Source: Neoechinorhynchus agilis (Eukaryota > Animalia > Acanthocephala). From it: 64,000 nucleotides of DNA. Shown here one piece after another: positions 38,708 through 49,676 of the stretch. The notes under the pieces are model-generated. The model made no database searches and was not told the origin of the DNA. It saw only the letters and a list, made by a program, of their open reading frames with translations. The position numbers and the translations under genes were made by a program. The DNA is taken from contig CM121343.1 of the NCBI GenBank assembly GCA_051530055.1, forward strand, positions 1,582,389-1,646,388, read 5' to 3'. Numbering within the stretch: position 1 is the first letter of the stretch; each line of letters starts with the position of its first letter.

Positions 38708-39960
38708 TGCGTCCGACGGTGATTGGATGCATTTTCGAATAGTCGTTATAAATGTACTTGACGGATTTTCAAAAAACGTTTAAGCGGTGAAGCATTCTGC
38801 CTTTAAAACTAGAAATACATTCGAAGTTCGACGTTCAACCTAAGGATTATGAAAAGTTCAACGCAGTTTACCATTTATTGTATTTATAACTTGAAACCTA
38901 ATTGAAAAGAATCATCTACATTTTTATTGATTTTAATTATGATTCTTTAACACTCCAAACATAAAAATCGCATTTATCTTTACTTCGATAAAATTTCCTG
39001 TTTTAGCTTACAAAACTTGCGCCATTCGATTGAATAACTTATTATTTTGATTCCATGGAACTTTGAATGGCATTGCCAACTTTCAAATTCGTCAATGAAA
39101 CCCTCGTTGCTAAGAGACGAATTAAAAAGCTCTGTGTTAAGTATCGAAGACGCAAAAGTAAAATGTCCAATAATACAACATTGGATGTAGCTGAAGGAAA
39201 CGATGAGTCAAACTGCAAAAATTCCAAAAAATTTTATGATGATTGCTTGAGGATTATAATTATTATGCCTGTTATAATGACCATCCTTTTAGTATTTTCA
39301 ATTATCTCTTCATATGCACGCCAATATTTATGCAAGAGCGCTCCTGCGAGTTAAAGGCTTTTGGAACGGAGGATTGATTATAAACAATAATAAATTATGT
39401 ATTTATTCTAAAGAGGGAATTTCCGAACATTTGAGTAGCTGAGCAACGCTAATCAATGCTGCCGTCTTACCTTATTCCACTTATCTCTTTTTATTAGGAT
39501 ACAATTTAACCGCAGAAATAATGCAGCCTAGCAAATACACTCGTCCTTCAAAAAAAAATAAACTTTTAATTCCGGCTTTCTTAAATTGCTAAAATGTGTC
39601 CGACGGTGATTGGATGCATTTTCGAATAGTTATAAGAAACGTACTTGACGGATTAAAAAAGAGGTTTAAGCGGTGATGCACCCTGTACTTAAAACTAGAA
39701 ACACATTCGATGTTCGACGTTCAAACGAAGGATAGTGAAAAGATCAAAATAGTGTATCATTTATTGCATTTAAAGTTAGGAACCTGCTTGAACAGAATCA
39801 TCTACATTTTTATTGATTTTAATTATGATTCTTTAACATTCCAAACACAAAAATCGCATTCATCTTTACTTCGATACAATTTCCTGTTTTAACTTACAAA
39901 ACTTGCACCATTCGATTGAATAACTTATTATTTTGATTCCATAGATCTTTGAACGGCATT
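38708..39960. repeat. Tandem duplicated ~360-bp non-coding block (38708-39065 and 39597-39960)
   Basis: CCGACGGTGATTGGATGCATTTTCGAATAG...CATTCGATTGAATAACTTATTATTTTGATTCCAT occurs twice. Confidence 0.85.
39067..39354 (+). CDS. Candidate small single-pass membrane protein, tandem copy 2
   Basis: 95-aa ORF (63 aa from the second ATG at 39163): basic N-terminus, NNT sequon, hydrophobic IIIIMPVIMTILLVFSIISSYA. Confidence 0.35.
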   Translation: MALPTFKFVNETLVAKRRIKKLCVKYRRRKSKMSNNTTLDVAEGNDESNCKNSKKFYDDCLRIIIIMPVIMTILLVFSIISSYARQYLCKSAPAS

Positions 39961-40290
39961 TGTAAATTTTGCGTTCACAAGTTCAATTAAGTATTAATAT
40001 TTATTGTTCTCTACGTTATTTATCATCGTTTTTAATAGTTATTTGATTTGTAATGCTTAAAGGTCTTGTGCTGTAATTTCTTTTGACATGAATTGTCGGA
40101 ACATTCGATGAATCCAGTCTAAATTCCATATCCCGCAATCCTTATAAAGTTCAATGCGTAATCCCCTGCAGTAAAATGACAAATCGCAATCAATTTGTTT
40201 AGGCGATTCCTCCGTCTTTTCAGAGGTTTTGCAGATTTTTTCACTTTGCAATGATTCTTCAGATTTCACAAGCTTCTTTTTTCTGGAAAA
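39862..40290 (-). repeat. Segment duplicated in inverted orientation at 52300-52730
   Basis: Paired ORFs 40057-40269(-) and 52319-52531(+) plus their flanks are reverse complements. Confidence 0.9.
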
Positions 40291-40784
40291 TGATTTCTTG
40301 GCTTCATAATTAGAGACTCGAAATCGATGCTCTCATTATCGCAACATCATCATCTACCACCGCAGCTACCTTATAGTTCTCAGGTACGTCCTTTATGAAC
40401 TTCAGGTTCCATAGCCAAAATTTCGAGATGCATCAGTTAAGCGGAGACACCCCAAATCATAAGAACTAAAATGGTCGTATCGCGCTTCATACAAAAATTG
40501 GGACCATCGATTGAATAATTGAAGTTTTATGAGCGGCTATGTGCTGTCCCCACCGCAGCCCTTGATCGCGAAAACCTTTTGACCCAACTGATAAAAATTA
40601 AAATGGTTGTGTATTCTAGAACATAAAATAAGTCATGGATATTTGAGGTGTGAGTAACCAAATCTCTCCATTGGTCATCACGTTGAACTGAAAAATTACA
40701 ACAACCATTTTAAACTCAATAAATATTTGAGTGCGTTTAAGGATATATTTAAAAAGGCACTCAAAATGAAACCATTTCGTTTCT

Positions 40785-40960
40785 TTTGCCGTGGAAATGT
40801 ATGGAGCCTTGGGACCATCAGCGCTCACTCTCCTCGACGATTTGGGACGAAGGACGAAAAGGATGACGGGGGAACCGCACTCGAGAAATTTTCTCGCTCA
40901 ACGAATCGCAATGGCGATACAGCGAGGGAACGCTGTCAGTATTCTGGCGAAGTCGGGATG
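40785..40960 (+). mobile_element. CRE-like RLE 3' fragment
   Basis: EMYGALGPSALTLLDDLGRRTKRMTGEPHSRNFLAQRIAMAIQRGNAVSIL. Confidence 0.85.
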
Positions 40961-41099
40961 TTTACAAGAATGAAAAACGAAATAATTCACCAAAAAATAG
41001 AATAAATCGATTGAATTTAAAAAAAAGGACATTGAATTTTTGATCAAATTTTCAATTACATTCCACATTTACGGAAATTTCCCTTAGACTGAAACATTT

Positions 41100-41562
41100 T
41101 CCTTTTCTATAAGAAAGATTCATTTCGCTTTCCAAATCGCAGGTAAAGGAATTACAAGCGAGAAATCAAAAGTTTAAAATATCGACGTAACAGGACCGGC
41201 ATTCTGATTTTTATCGAATTTCTTTCGTTTATACACGTTTATTTTTCTCTCGGTGTCGACTGCGCCCAATGCTTCGTGATTCTGAAAAACGCTGTTGGTT
41301 TGCTCTTTCTCTGCGTGGCTTTAAGAACAATCGAGCATTTCAGCTTCTTCAGATGAGAATGTAAATTTGTAAAAGTGATGACCGGTTAAGACGGAGTTTC
41401 CCGGATGCGACTTCGCAATTTTCACATTTGTTTTTAATTCTTGATAAAGACTTCAAGAGAATTAAATTTTCTGTGCGGTAAGTGAAATTCGCAGCGGAAA
41501 AAAGAAGTAACGTAAAACTTGAAACGCAAAATCATCTGACTCACATCGCCAAATAATCGATT
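41100..41562. repeat. Unclassified repeat X, copy 1 (copy 2 inverted at 52731-53200; copy 3 split at 53330-53488 and 61373-61470)
   Basis: Shared GATGACCGGTTAAGACGGAGTTTCC (copies 1 and 2) and GTCGA(C/T)GC...AAACGTGT.TAAACGAAA blocks. Confidence 0.8.
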
Positions 41563-41659
41563 TCGACTTGTTATTTTATACTACCACATTTTCAGGTTGC
41601 ATTCCTAGTTTTCATAACCCTCCAATTGTGTAATTTTTAGTAAAAATATTATTTGTTTC

Positions 41660-42345
41660 CTTTAGGTTTTCACCCGATAAATTTTTTCTAAAGAAGTTTC
41701 GAACCTCGTCGGATTCATCATCAGTTCTAAAATACAAGTGGTTAAATGGTTATTCTGCTCTCAGTTGCCCTCATGATTGATTGTATTGCTAGATTTTGTT
41801 AGCCACGAAGACGTAGTTCGCTTCGACGTTACCACCCTCTGCATCTTGGATCGTTTAAGTTCGACCAATCTCGTCTTCGGATTTCGACCTGCATTGACTA
41901 CAAGAAACCTTATAGACAACATTCCTCTTTTCTACCAACTGGTATTTCCGGGAAGGAAGGTTCCTTATTGGCATAGAATCGGTAGACCGCTGCTCTTAAA
42001 TATGCTAGGAATTTTGTTTCGCCAGCAGTTGGTTTGTGGAGGCCTATGTCCGGCTCCACGGTGGTTTCATTTGAATTACTTTTTTCGCTTGGTCCCCTTG
42101 CTAGGGCGCTGCATTGCTGAAAATTCATTGCAACTGTTGGATTTCGTCGATGAGACACTACTGCTAATTGCAGAGGTTGTAGGCACGATGCAAAAACCTT
42201 TGAATATACCCATTTTTATGCTATTGTTATGGGCGCTGTTCCAAAATATATAATTGCTTGTTTGAGTTGGTTTTCTGTAAACCGATGCAGTCATTCGTGT
42301 TCGGTTTTTTATTATCATTATGTCTAGAAACTGCAACATCCCATT
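41660..42345 (-). mobile_element. Penelope-like 3' fragment (RT thumb) with pLTR and hammerhead motif
   Basis: LQFLDIMI...SVYRKPTQTSNYIFWNSAH...KMGIFK. CTGATGA...GAAA at 41697-41724. Confidence 0.85.
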
Positions 42346-42349
42346 CCCA

Positions 42350-45300
42350 TGTGGCGGTGGGGGAAAATTATATCTAAGAATCACTTTAATTGAAATATTT
42401 CGTCCAATCACACTGGACTTCTTCAGTCAATTATCTGAAAATTAATTTGGCAACCTCATTGTCTTATCCGGAGGTATCCTCAACTTTAGGGAATAATCTA
42501 TCTTGTTTCCCTCGAAAGTATTGGCTCCCTGAATGTACATGGCCTCGATAATAACACGCTCAACCTTGTTAATTAATTTATTCGTAAAGGTGACACAAGA
42601 TATCGCACACGACGTCTAGAACCAGTTGCTCAACATTTATAACCGGAATATTATTCAATTATGACGTTGCTGTTCCAATCCATCTCAAGGATTTGCTGGC
42701 CCAGTCCACAGAGGGAATCCACTCAAAAGGAAGTCTCGACAGAATTTGCAGAAAGACGCAGCGAAAAGTTAGGCGTTGTTCTGGGGGCCTTCCACTGGAA
42801 TAAAAGACCAGACCTGAAATAGCCCATGCGCACCATATCGTTTCACAATTCGTGGCGCTAAGTCCGATACGAGCGCTTGCCGTTTTCAGAAGTTTTTTCA
42901 TCTTTCGCATATCAAATGCCGTCGATAGGTTATTCGTGAGTGTATAACCCAAAATATCGAGCCTCTTGTATACAGGGTCGAAATCTAACCCAAAAAACTC
43001 CTTTATACACTCTCTGATATTCTTCTTGCCTATTCTAGATTTAGATTTTATTAAAAATTTCGTCTTCTTTTGGTTCAAAGAAAGACCCATTTGAGGTAGG
43101 TGCGATTTTAAAAAATTCAGCACGGCAGCCAATTTCGCACGTGCTCGTATGTAATTAGCTTCTTTAATGACCACAGAGAGGTCATCGGCATACATCGTTG
43201 TGCCCCGACAAACGGTGCAATTTTGAATGAAAAATTGGGTTGCCAAGCAAAAGAGTATGGGTGATAACGGTGAGCCTTGTGGAACACCCTTCGATTGATA
43301 AATCATAGTCCCTGCTGGATCGTCTACAAAATAAAATTGTTTGCATTCCAGTATGTTGTTTACCCTCGCAATAATATTAAAAGGAAAACTAAAAAATCTT
43401 AAAATATTTACAATGAAGGTGATGTCGATATTATCAAAGGCTTTCGATATATCGAGAGAAATGAGAATGTTTGTCGACATAGGATTTTTATAAAAATTAT
43501 CTATTATATCATTGAGCGCAGTATGAACGGATTTCCCTGGTAGGAATCCATGACATCGCTCATCAATTAGATGATGTATACAAGAAAATTCCAAAATAGA
43601 TCTCGCTAAGACACGCTCGTAAATGGATCCTTTTACAAAGAAAAATTCTTTTTGAAATGTTTATCTGGGGCCATTCCTCAGGTGAAGCTGCCAACATGTG
43701 CTCGGCTAAAGCTATGATATTAGTCTGATTTAGCACATTCGTAGCTTTAAAACATGGGGACGAGCCATTACTCGATGAAAGATTCCTCGAACCCCACTAT
43801 TGGATAAAATCGTTCCTACAGAGATCAAAACGACGCGGTTTAATTTTAATAAAATTATGGCAGACCGGAATCTTACTCGCTCTATTACAATGCTCAGCGC
43901 ACAGAGCGCTAAAAACATTTTCCCACCCCGAGGTTTTAATCCAATTAGCTGCGGCCCTCTTCCAAGGACGGAATCGTTTTGGTGCAGCAACCTGCCACCA
44001 AGGAGAAGAATATGGCATAAAAGATCTAATTCTCTTACTGTCGCAATCTAATTGAAAACGAGTTCTACAAGGCCAATACAAAGCGGACCAAAACTTAATA
44101 GAATCCTTATCATCGAATGCCTTAGCCATAAAAAGTTTCTTGCCATACATGGAAAGTAATTTTGGTTTTTGAATATTCGAGCCTATGCATCTCTTGACCG
44201 TTGTCAAAATTGAATCGCTAGCTGTGGCCACAAATCCATTCAGGTCGTTAAGCTGCCTAAAGGCTCCAAATGTGGTGGCCAAATTTATTGCCGCGTCTAT
44301 ATTGAGAGCAGTCAATTTAAATTTACGGCACAAGAGAGGATTACTCCCCAAAACCCCCATCGAGGCTTACCTTTGATGAGATTTTGGACTCCGTCCGCAC
44401 AGACCTGAGCTTGTTCTTCAATTATATTTCTCACGAGGTCCTCGTCTTCGTGCATGTCGATATCGTCCACATCGTTGCACCCTGCCCCAGGAGCTCGACT
44501 TCGTTTGCATGGTGATGGCGTAACACCGGTCGTTATTTGAAATTTATTGAATTTGGTCGAGTGTCTCTATAAGACAATTTAACTGAGCCGCAAGTCTCCT
44601 CTCCAACCCTTGGATGGCTGCGGTGAGTCGCAGATCCACCATATCCAAAATTTTGGATGAAAAGTCTGCAAATTTTTTCTCCAAGGTGACCTCATACGTC
44701 GGTCGAGGAATATCGACATATTTGGCAATTTGGTGGATCGGTTGTGTTTTTTCCGTCACATTGGTATTAGCATTCCGTCTTACGGGATTGTCGGATGACG
44801 ACTCTAGCCTCCTCTGGGTCATTCGGGAGTCCAATGAGTTTTTACTTTGAGATCCCTGTCGTCTCGCCCAACCAATATACTCCTTGAAGGCTGCACTGTT
44901 CTTTGAGAAGGCGCAATGTCCATCACGATTGCGGTTGGAGCAGTGACGTAACTTCCGCTCGCACTTTGAGCTGTGATGATCTTGGCCACAGAAAGCGCAT
45001 CTCGTTATTTTGGACGGGCACTTTTGCTCCCAATCACCCCAACATTGGCAACCGTTGCATCTCGGAAAGTGAAAGTCGTCATGTTGTGATATCTCGTTTG
45101 CTATGAATTTGACTTCCATTGATTGAAAAAAACATCGTTGGGTGCATAGAGCATCCCTCCGTTCGACCTCAGCCTTCACAATTGCTTTGGGAATGCACTT
45201 ACCCGTCCTCGATTTCAGGAAAAATAGAATTTTAACTCCAAATTTCTCCTCAAAAGCTCTCTTATCCGAATCATCGCTATCCGGTGAGAGTCCTGAAACC

Positions 45301-47200
45301 ATAAAGGTTGAGTCGTAGCTCGTGTTAGCGATTGAAACTCCTGCCAAATCGCAGTTCTTCTTTGTGAAGGTTAGGTAAGACGAAATCCGCGGTCATGAAT
45401 TTGATTTTCAGAATACCTCCAAAATAACTAAGGGAAGAGATTCGATGAGTGTCGTCTCTAAGAGATTTGAGCCATGGCGCCAAATAACGCCTGTGTAGCT
45501 CTTCTCTGGGTAGAATCGGCGTAGATTGTATTTTAATCGTATTGGGCCATTTCCTAGACGGCACCTCCACGAAGTTTTTGTTAGTTTGTTCGCTGAGAAT
45601 TTGAGCCCGGATGTCCGGAGGCACTGGGATTCTCAGATTGTTGGATGGTCGTAACCCATCCTCCGCCGCAACAACAACAGGTTGCGAGAACATTTTTTGA
45701 TCGCTCAACCTTGTGGTCATTGCGTACCGACACATACGCGTCGTTAATATCGATCCTATGGCCCGTAGTCAGAGTGGGAAACCACAGCGGAGTTCGTGCC
45801 CTGTTTCTTCAGTGAATAGCGATGTTCCCTCATCCTCCTTCCAAAGTTATTTGTCTGGTCAATATAGCAGCGATCACAATCCGAGCAAGGTATTCTATAT
45901 ACTGCACCACTTGGGCCTTCACGAATGCTCGGACAAATCAGGCCGTGAAGATTATTTCTTCGTTTGGAATAGACGAGCGTACGTTTGCTCTGGTAGCCTG
46001 CCAATAAGACCCCGGATAAACTCTAATAGGATGAATCGTCAATAAATGGCAACTCAAGAAACACACGATCCTTGTCTGATGTCACGACTATCGGCCTCCC
46101 AAGCCTAGCGCTCCTGATCACCTTCCTATGCAGATTCAACGGATAACCATTCCGTCCTGATAAATTCAAGATAAAATCTATTTCATGTTCGAGGTCAGTA
46201 CTAGAGCTGCAATAAGCAAACGCTCGTTGTACCAATGATCTAACCCTGGAGATCTTATATTCTCGTGGTTGAGAGGAAATCCATGGTACCATGTCATGTG
46301 GAATATTGATTTTCCGATAAACCTTAGTCGCATACCCATCTCCACCAACACGATCTATCGCAACATCCAGGAAACTGAATCTACCGTCAGTTTCGACATC
46401 CGTTGACCATTGAATGTGTGGATCTTTAGTGTTGATGTAGTTCTGCAGGTGCATGGAAGCATAGGCGGAACGATCAAGGAGAATAAATGTGTCGTCCACA
46501 TATCGGGCCCATAATGAGAGTCCAGGAATTGTGGGTAGGTATTTCTCTTTCCACTGCCGCATGTATAACTCCGCAAGCACCGGTGCTAGGGGGCTGACCC
46601 TCGCTACACCATCCACCTGACTAAAATCCATTCCCTCAAATTAAAAGTTCGAAAATTTGGTGCAGAAACTCAAGAGTTTCCTCCAGTCAGTAATCGAAAG
46701 CTTCCAATTATCATAGATCCGTAGGATAGGTATAGCAAGTTCGATAGCAGTATCTACTGGAATATTTGTGGATAATGAAACCACGTCAGCCGATACCATG
46801 ATAGAACGTGAGTCCCACGGCATCTTAAGTCGACCAATGAAGTCCTTCCCAGAGCATACTACATTTGCACTCCGTTCCATTCTCTGATGAAGCATCAGAG
46901 CCAGTTTCCTAGACAAACTTGTGCAAAATGATGTATGAGCCGCAACTATTGGTCTGAACTTAATCGGACATTTGTGTACCTTGGCAAATAGGTACTGTCA
47001 TGGATTTCCTTTAACAAATCTATGCCTCTCTGCATCCTCCTTGATATGTTGGAATATAATGATCCATTGTGTAACAAAATAGGAATAGCGTTCCATCATC
47101 CCCAGGGGTATACTCAAGTTCTCTTTTACAGCTCCTCCGATGGAATTACTCCTATTTTCTGATTGTAATCCTCTTTTTTCAGAGCTACCGTTATATAGTA
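42350..47200 (-). mobile_element. Penelope-like element split inside its GIY-YIG domain by a LINE-like insertion
   Basis: RT 46023-46990 (SLSTNIP, RYVDD, FLDV) and GIY 45756-46004 (GAVYRIPCSDC..CYI). Removing 42570-45714 restores ...DAYVSVRNDHKVERVIIEAMYI...KLRIPPD. The pLTR 42350-42460 carries a hammerhead. Confidence 0.9.
42570..45701 (-). mobile_element. Compact LINE-like element 1: zinc-knuckle ORF1 + RT, no endonuclease; 13-bp TSD
   Basis: TSD CGCTCAACCTTGT at 42557-42569 and 45702-45714. ORF1 CNGCQCWGDWEQKC / CAFCGQDHHSSKC. RT HGFLPGKS, LDISKAFD, GVPQGSPLSP, YADD, LDILGY. Frameshifted. Confidence 0.92.
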
Positions 47201-47599
47201 GAAGAAGGCGAACGGTTAGAACATAAACAACATCAAGATAAATGATAATATAAACATTCCAGTCGACGATATCACTGAAGAAATGTTTCAAACTTTATGG
47301 GAAGGAGCTCCTAATGTTTATATACGTAAGTGTATTAGATATCACGAAATTTGATCATTTTATTTATTTACGACTGATTTCAGATCATTATGTATAACGG
47401 CCTACAATTGCTTCGTCCGTCGATGATGTTCGTGGAGATTTATGCTAGAGGTAGAAACGCTCTAGGATCTTTTATAATATATGTACAACAAATTCGAAAT
47501 TAGGTTAGGCATGAACAGGAAATTTATATAACTGCAATTGAAGAGTACATAAAATTGTAGATTGTAGATCGAAATATTACAGTAGAAAATATGCTAACG

Positions 47600-49080
47600 G
47601 AACATCATGTCCCCATAAATTTCTCAGAGTAAAATATCCGAACTCTTCTGGACAAGTAAAACACGGAACGTCCAAACCGAATACCTGTTCTTGTAGTAAA
47701 AGAGCCCCGGGGATACGGCATTGACATCACCAGTCTCATCGAGACCCAGCTCCCAAACGACGGTAAAATCCAAAAATGCGGCTTTAGATACACTTTTGGA
47801 AAGGAGAAAGAGTTGAGAATCCATTTTGTAGGACACGCCCTAAAAACGAAATTAGTTGAGGACCACAGTATACATCCTGTCAACGTCAGTGAAATCTACC
47901 ACCTCCACCCATCTCATTGTTATCTCTCCTAACGCACCAAATCTCGGCGCAACTGTCGTTATGTTAAAGGATCTTTTTACCAATCTCTCCGGCAAATACT
48001 GACATCTGTCCCAAAAACCGACAAAATCTTACTTTTTGGTGATTTTATAGCTCGGATCTTCAGTTACCATGAACTGTGATCCAAGTCCATTGGTCCTTTA
48101 GGGAAAATGACACAGAGATTGCAACGCTCATTGAATAAAAAACCAAAAGATAGAATTGCCTCTGAAAGCGATCCTCGATCTACATTGAAGAAGGAACAAT
48201 TTCGAAAAACTAAAGCGCTCATTCAGAAACGCATTCGCCAGATTCAAAACGATTAATGGGCCATGTAGTCCGGGGAACTCCAATAACATGCTGACCATCA
48301 CTACATGAAAAATTTCTTCGCTTGTGCTCTTGCCTGGCCCCAATCCGAATTCATCAGCCTCAATGAAGGTTACTGACGGCACAACCAGAATAACAACCGA
48401 AGAAAAAATCCGCTAAGGCTGGAGGAACCACTTCTCCACTCTCCTTTATCTTAAGAGTATAAACTTTTGCAAACGATCAGGTAAATCTTTGTTCTGACTA
48501 AATAATGAATTGAGTAAAGCCACCAGACAGACTAAGAACAATAAATTCCACGGCTCAGGCGACATACCAACTCTGTTGTTTAAGTACGGAGGATATTAAG
48601 TCCGAACAAAGATTTGCAAAAGTTGATACTCTTAAGATAACCCAACCGACTTATGGAATCCAGTTATCGTACCAATCTTCAAAAAAGGGAGAAAGACCCA
48701 TATGCCGAAACTGTCGAGGAATCTTGCCACTATCCACGATGCTGAACTACTTGCAAGAATCTTCCTGAATATGCTGCTCCTCGTGGAAGGAATTCTGCCT
48801 GAAAGCCAAAATGGATTCCGGACCCAGAGGGGGACCATCCATGCAATCGCCGGCGACCGTCAGCTTCAAGAAAAGCCAAAGAACGTACAAAACCTCTCCT
48901 TCTGACCATGTTTTACCTATCCAAAGCCTTCAGCTGCCATGCGGCATCTCTGCACGAAGGAAGGACTGCCATGGTCAGATATAAAGTCAACTGACGGAAT
49001 CGTTCCCAATCGGAGTGAAACAAGGTTTCGTCCTCGCTTCAGCACTCTTCTCCATCTACCTAACAGCGTTCTTGTATCAC
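47600..49080 (+). mobile_element. Degenerate RTE-clade LINE (APE + RT remnants)
   Basis: YGIDITSLIETQLPNDG...YTF, IVPIFKKG...NCRGI, LLARIFLN...GILPESQNGFRTQRGT...RQLQEK. Confidence 0.8.
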
Positions 49081-49676
49081 ACGAAATGACAGATCTATGA
49101 CATTCAAATCCGATGTCGTTATGACATTTATAGATTTTGTCGAATTTTTGACCCTTATTATATCTTGGCAAAAAATATTTTTTTATTTTACTCAGCCATT
49201 TTGTTTAACTCTTGGCTTCAGTAAAACCAGATATTTTCAATCGTACCTGCATATGAAATATAAAAGTTTCCGGATGGTTTTTTCATTGGCGTACCCTCTT
49301 AAAATAGTTGCTACCTGAGACTATTGCAATTCGATTGTCTTGCTTGAAAAAGTTTTGTTCTACAAGGGAAACCGCCCAATGTTGTATTGAATTATTTTCC
49401 GTTTATTCTAGGATTTAAAACCTAAACCATGGATTTTATTCGGATTTTTAAGAATCGTTCATATTTTTGATCTCAAGTTTTGGATTTTTCAATTTTATTT
49501 TTTATGAAGGTCTTCGATTTTTGTAAAAGATAAGATAAATTTATGTGATTATCACTATAAAAAGAAACTAACACCCAAACAAAATTGAAATTTACTAATC
49601 TATGCTTTATTGAAAACGCCGGCAGTAAACAAATTATTTTTTAGTCGAATAGCTCGCTCCATCCGCGATTTCAAAC

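Noticed and set aside
40057-40269. 70-aa ORF conserved at 52319-52531 as evidence of a selected gene
   Set aside because: The C-terminal halves differ by only 2 synonymous and 3 non-synonymous changes, so ORF retention is explained by recent duplication. Kept only as part of the duplication finding.
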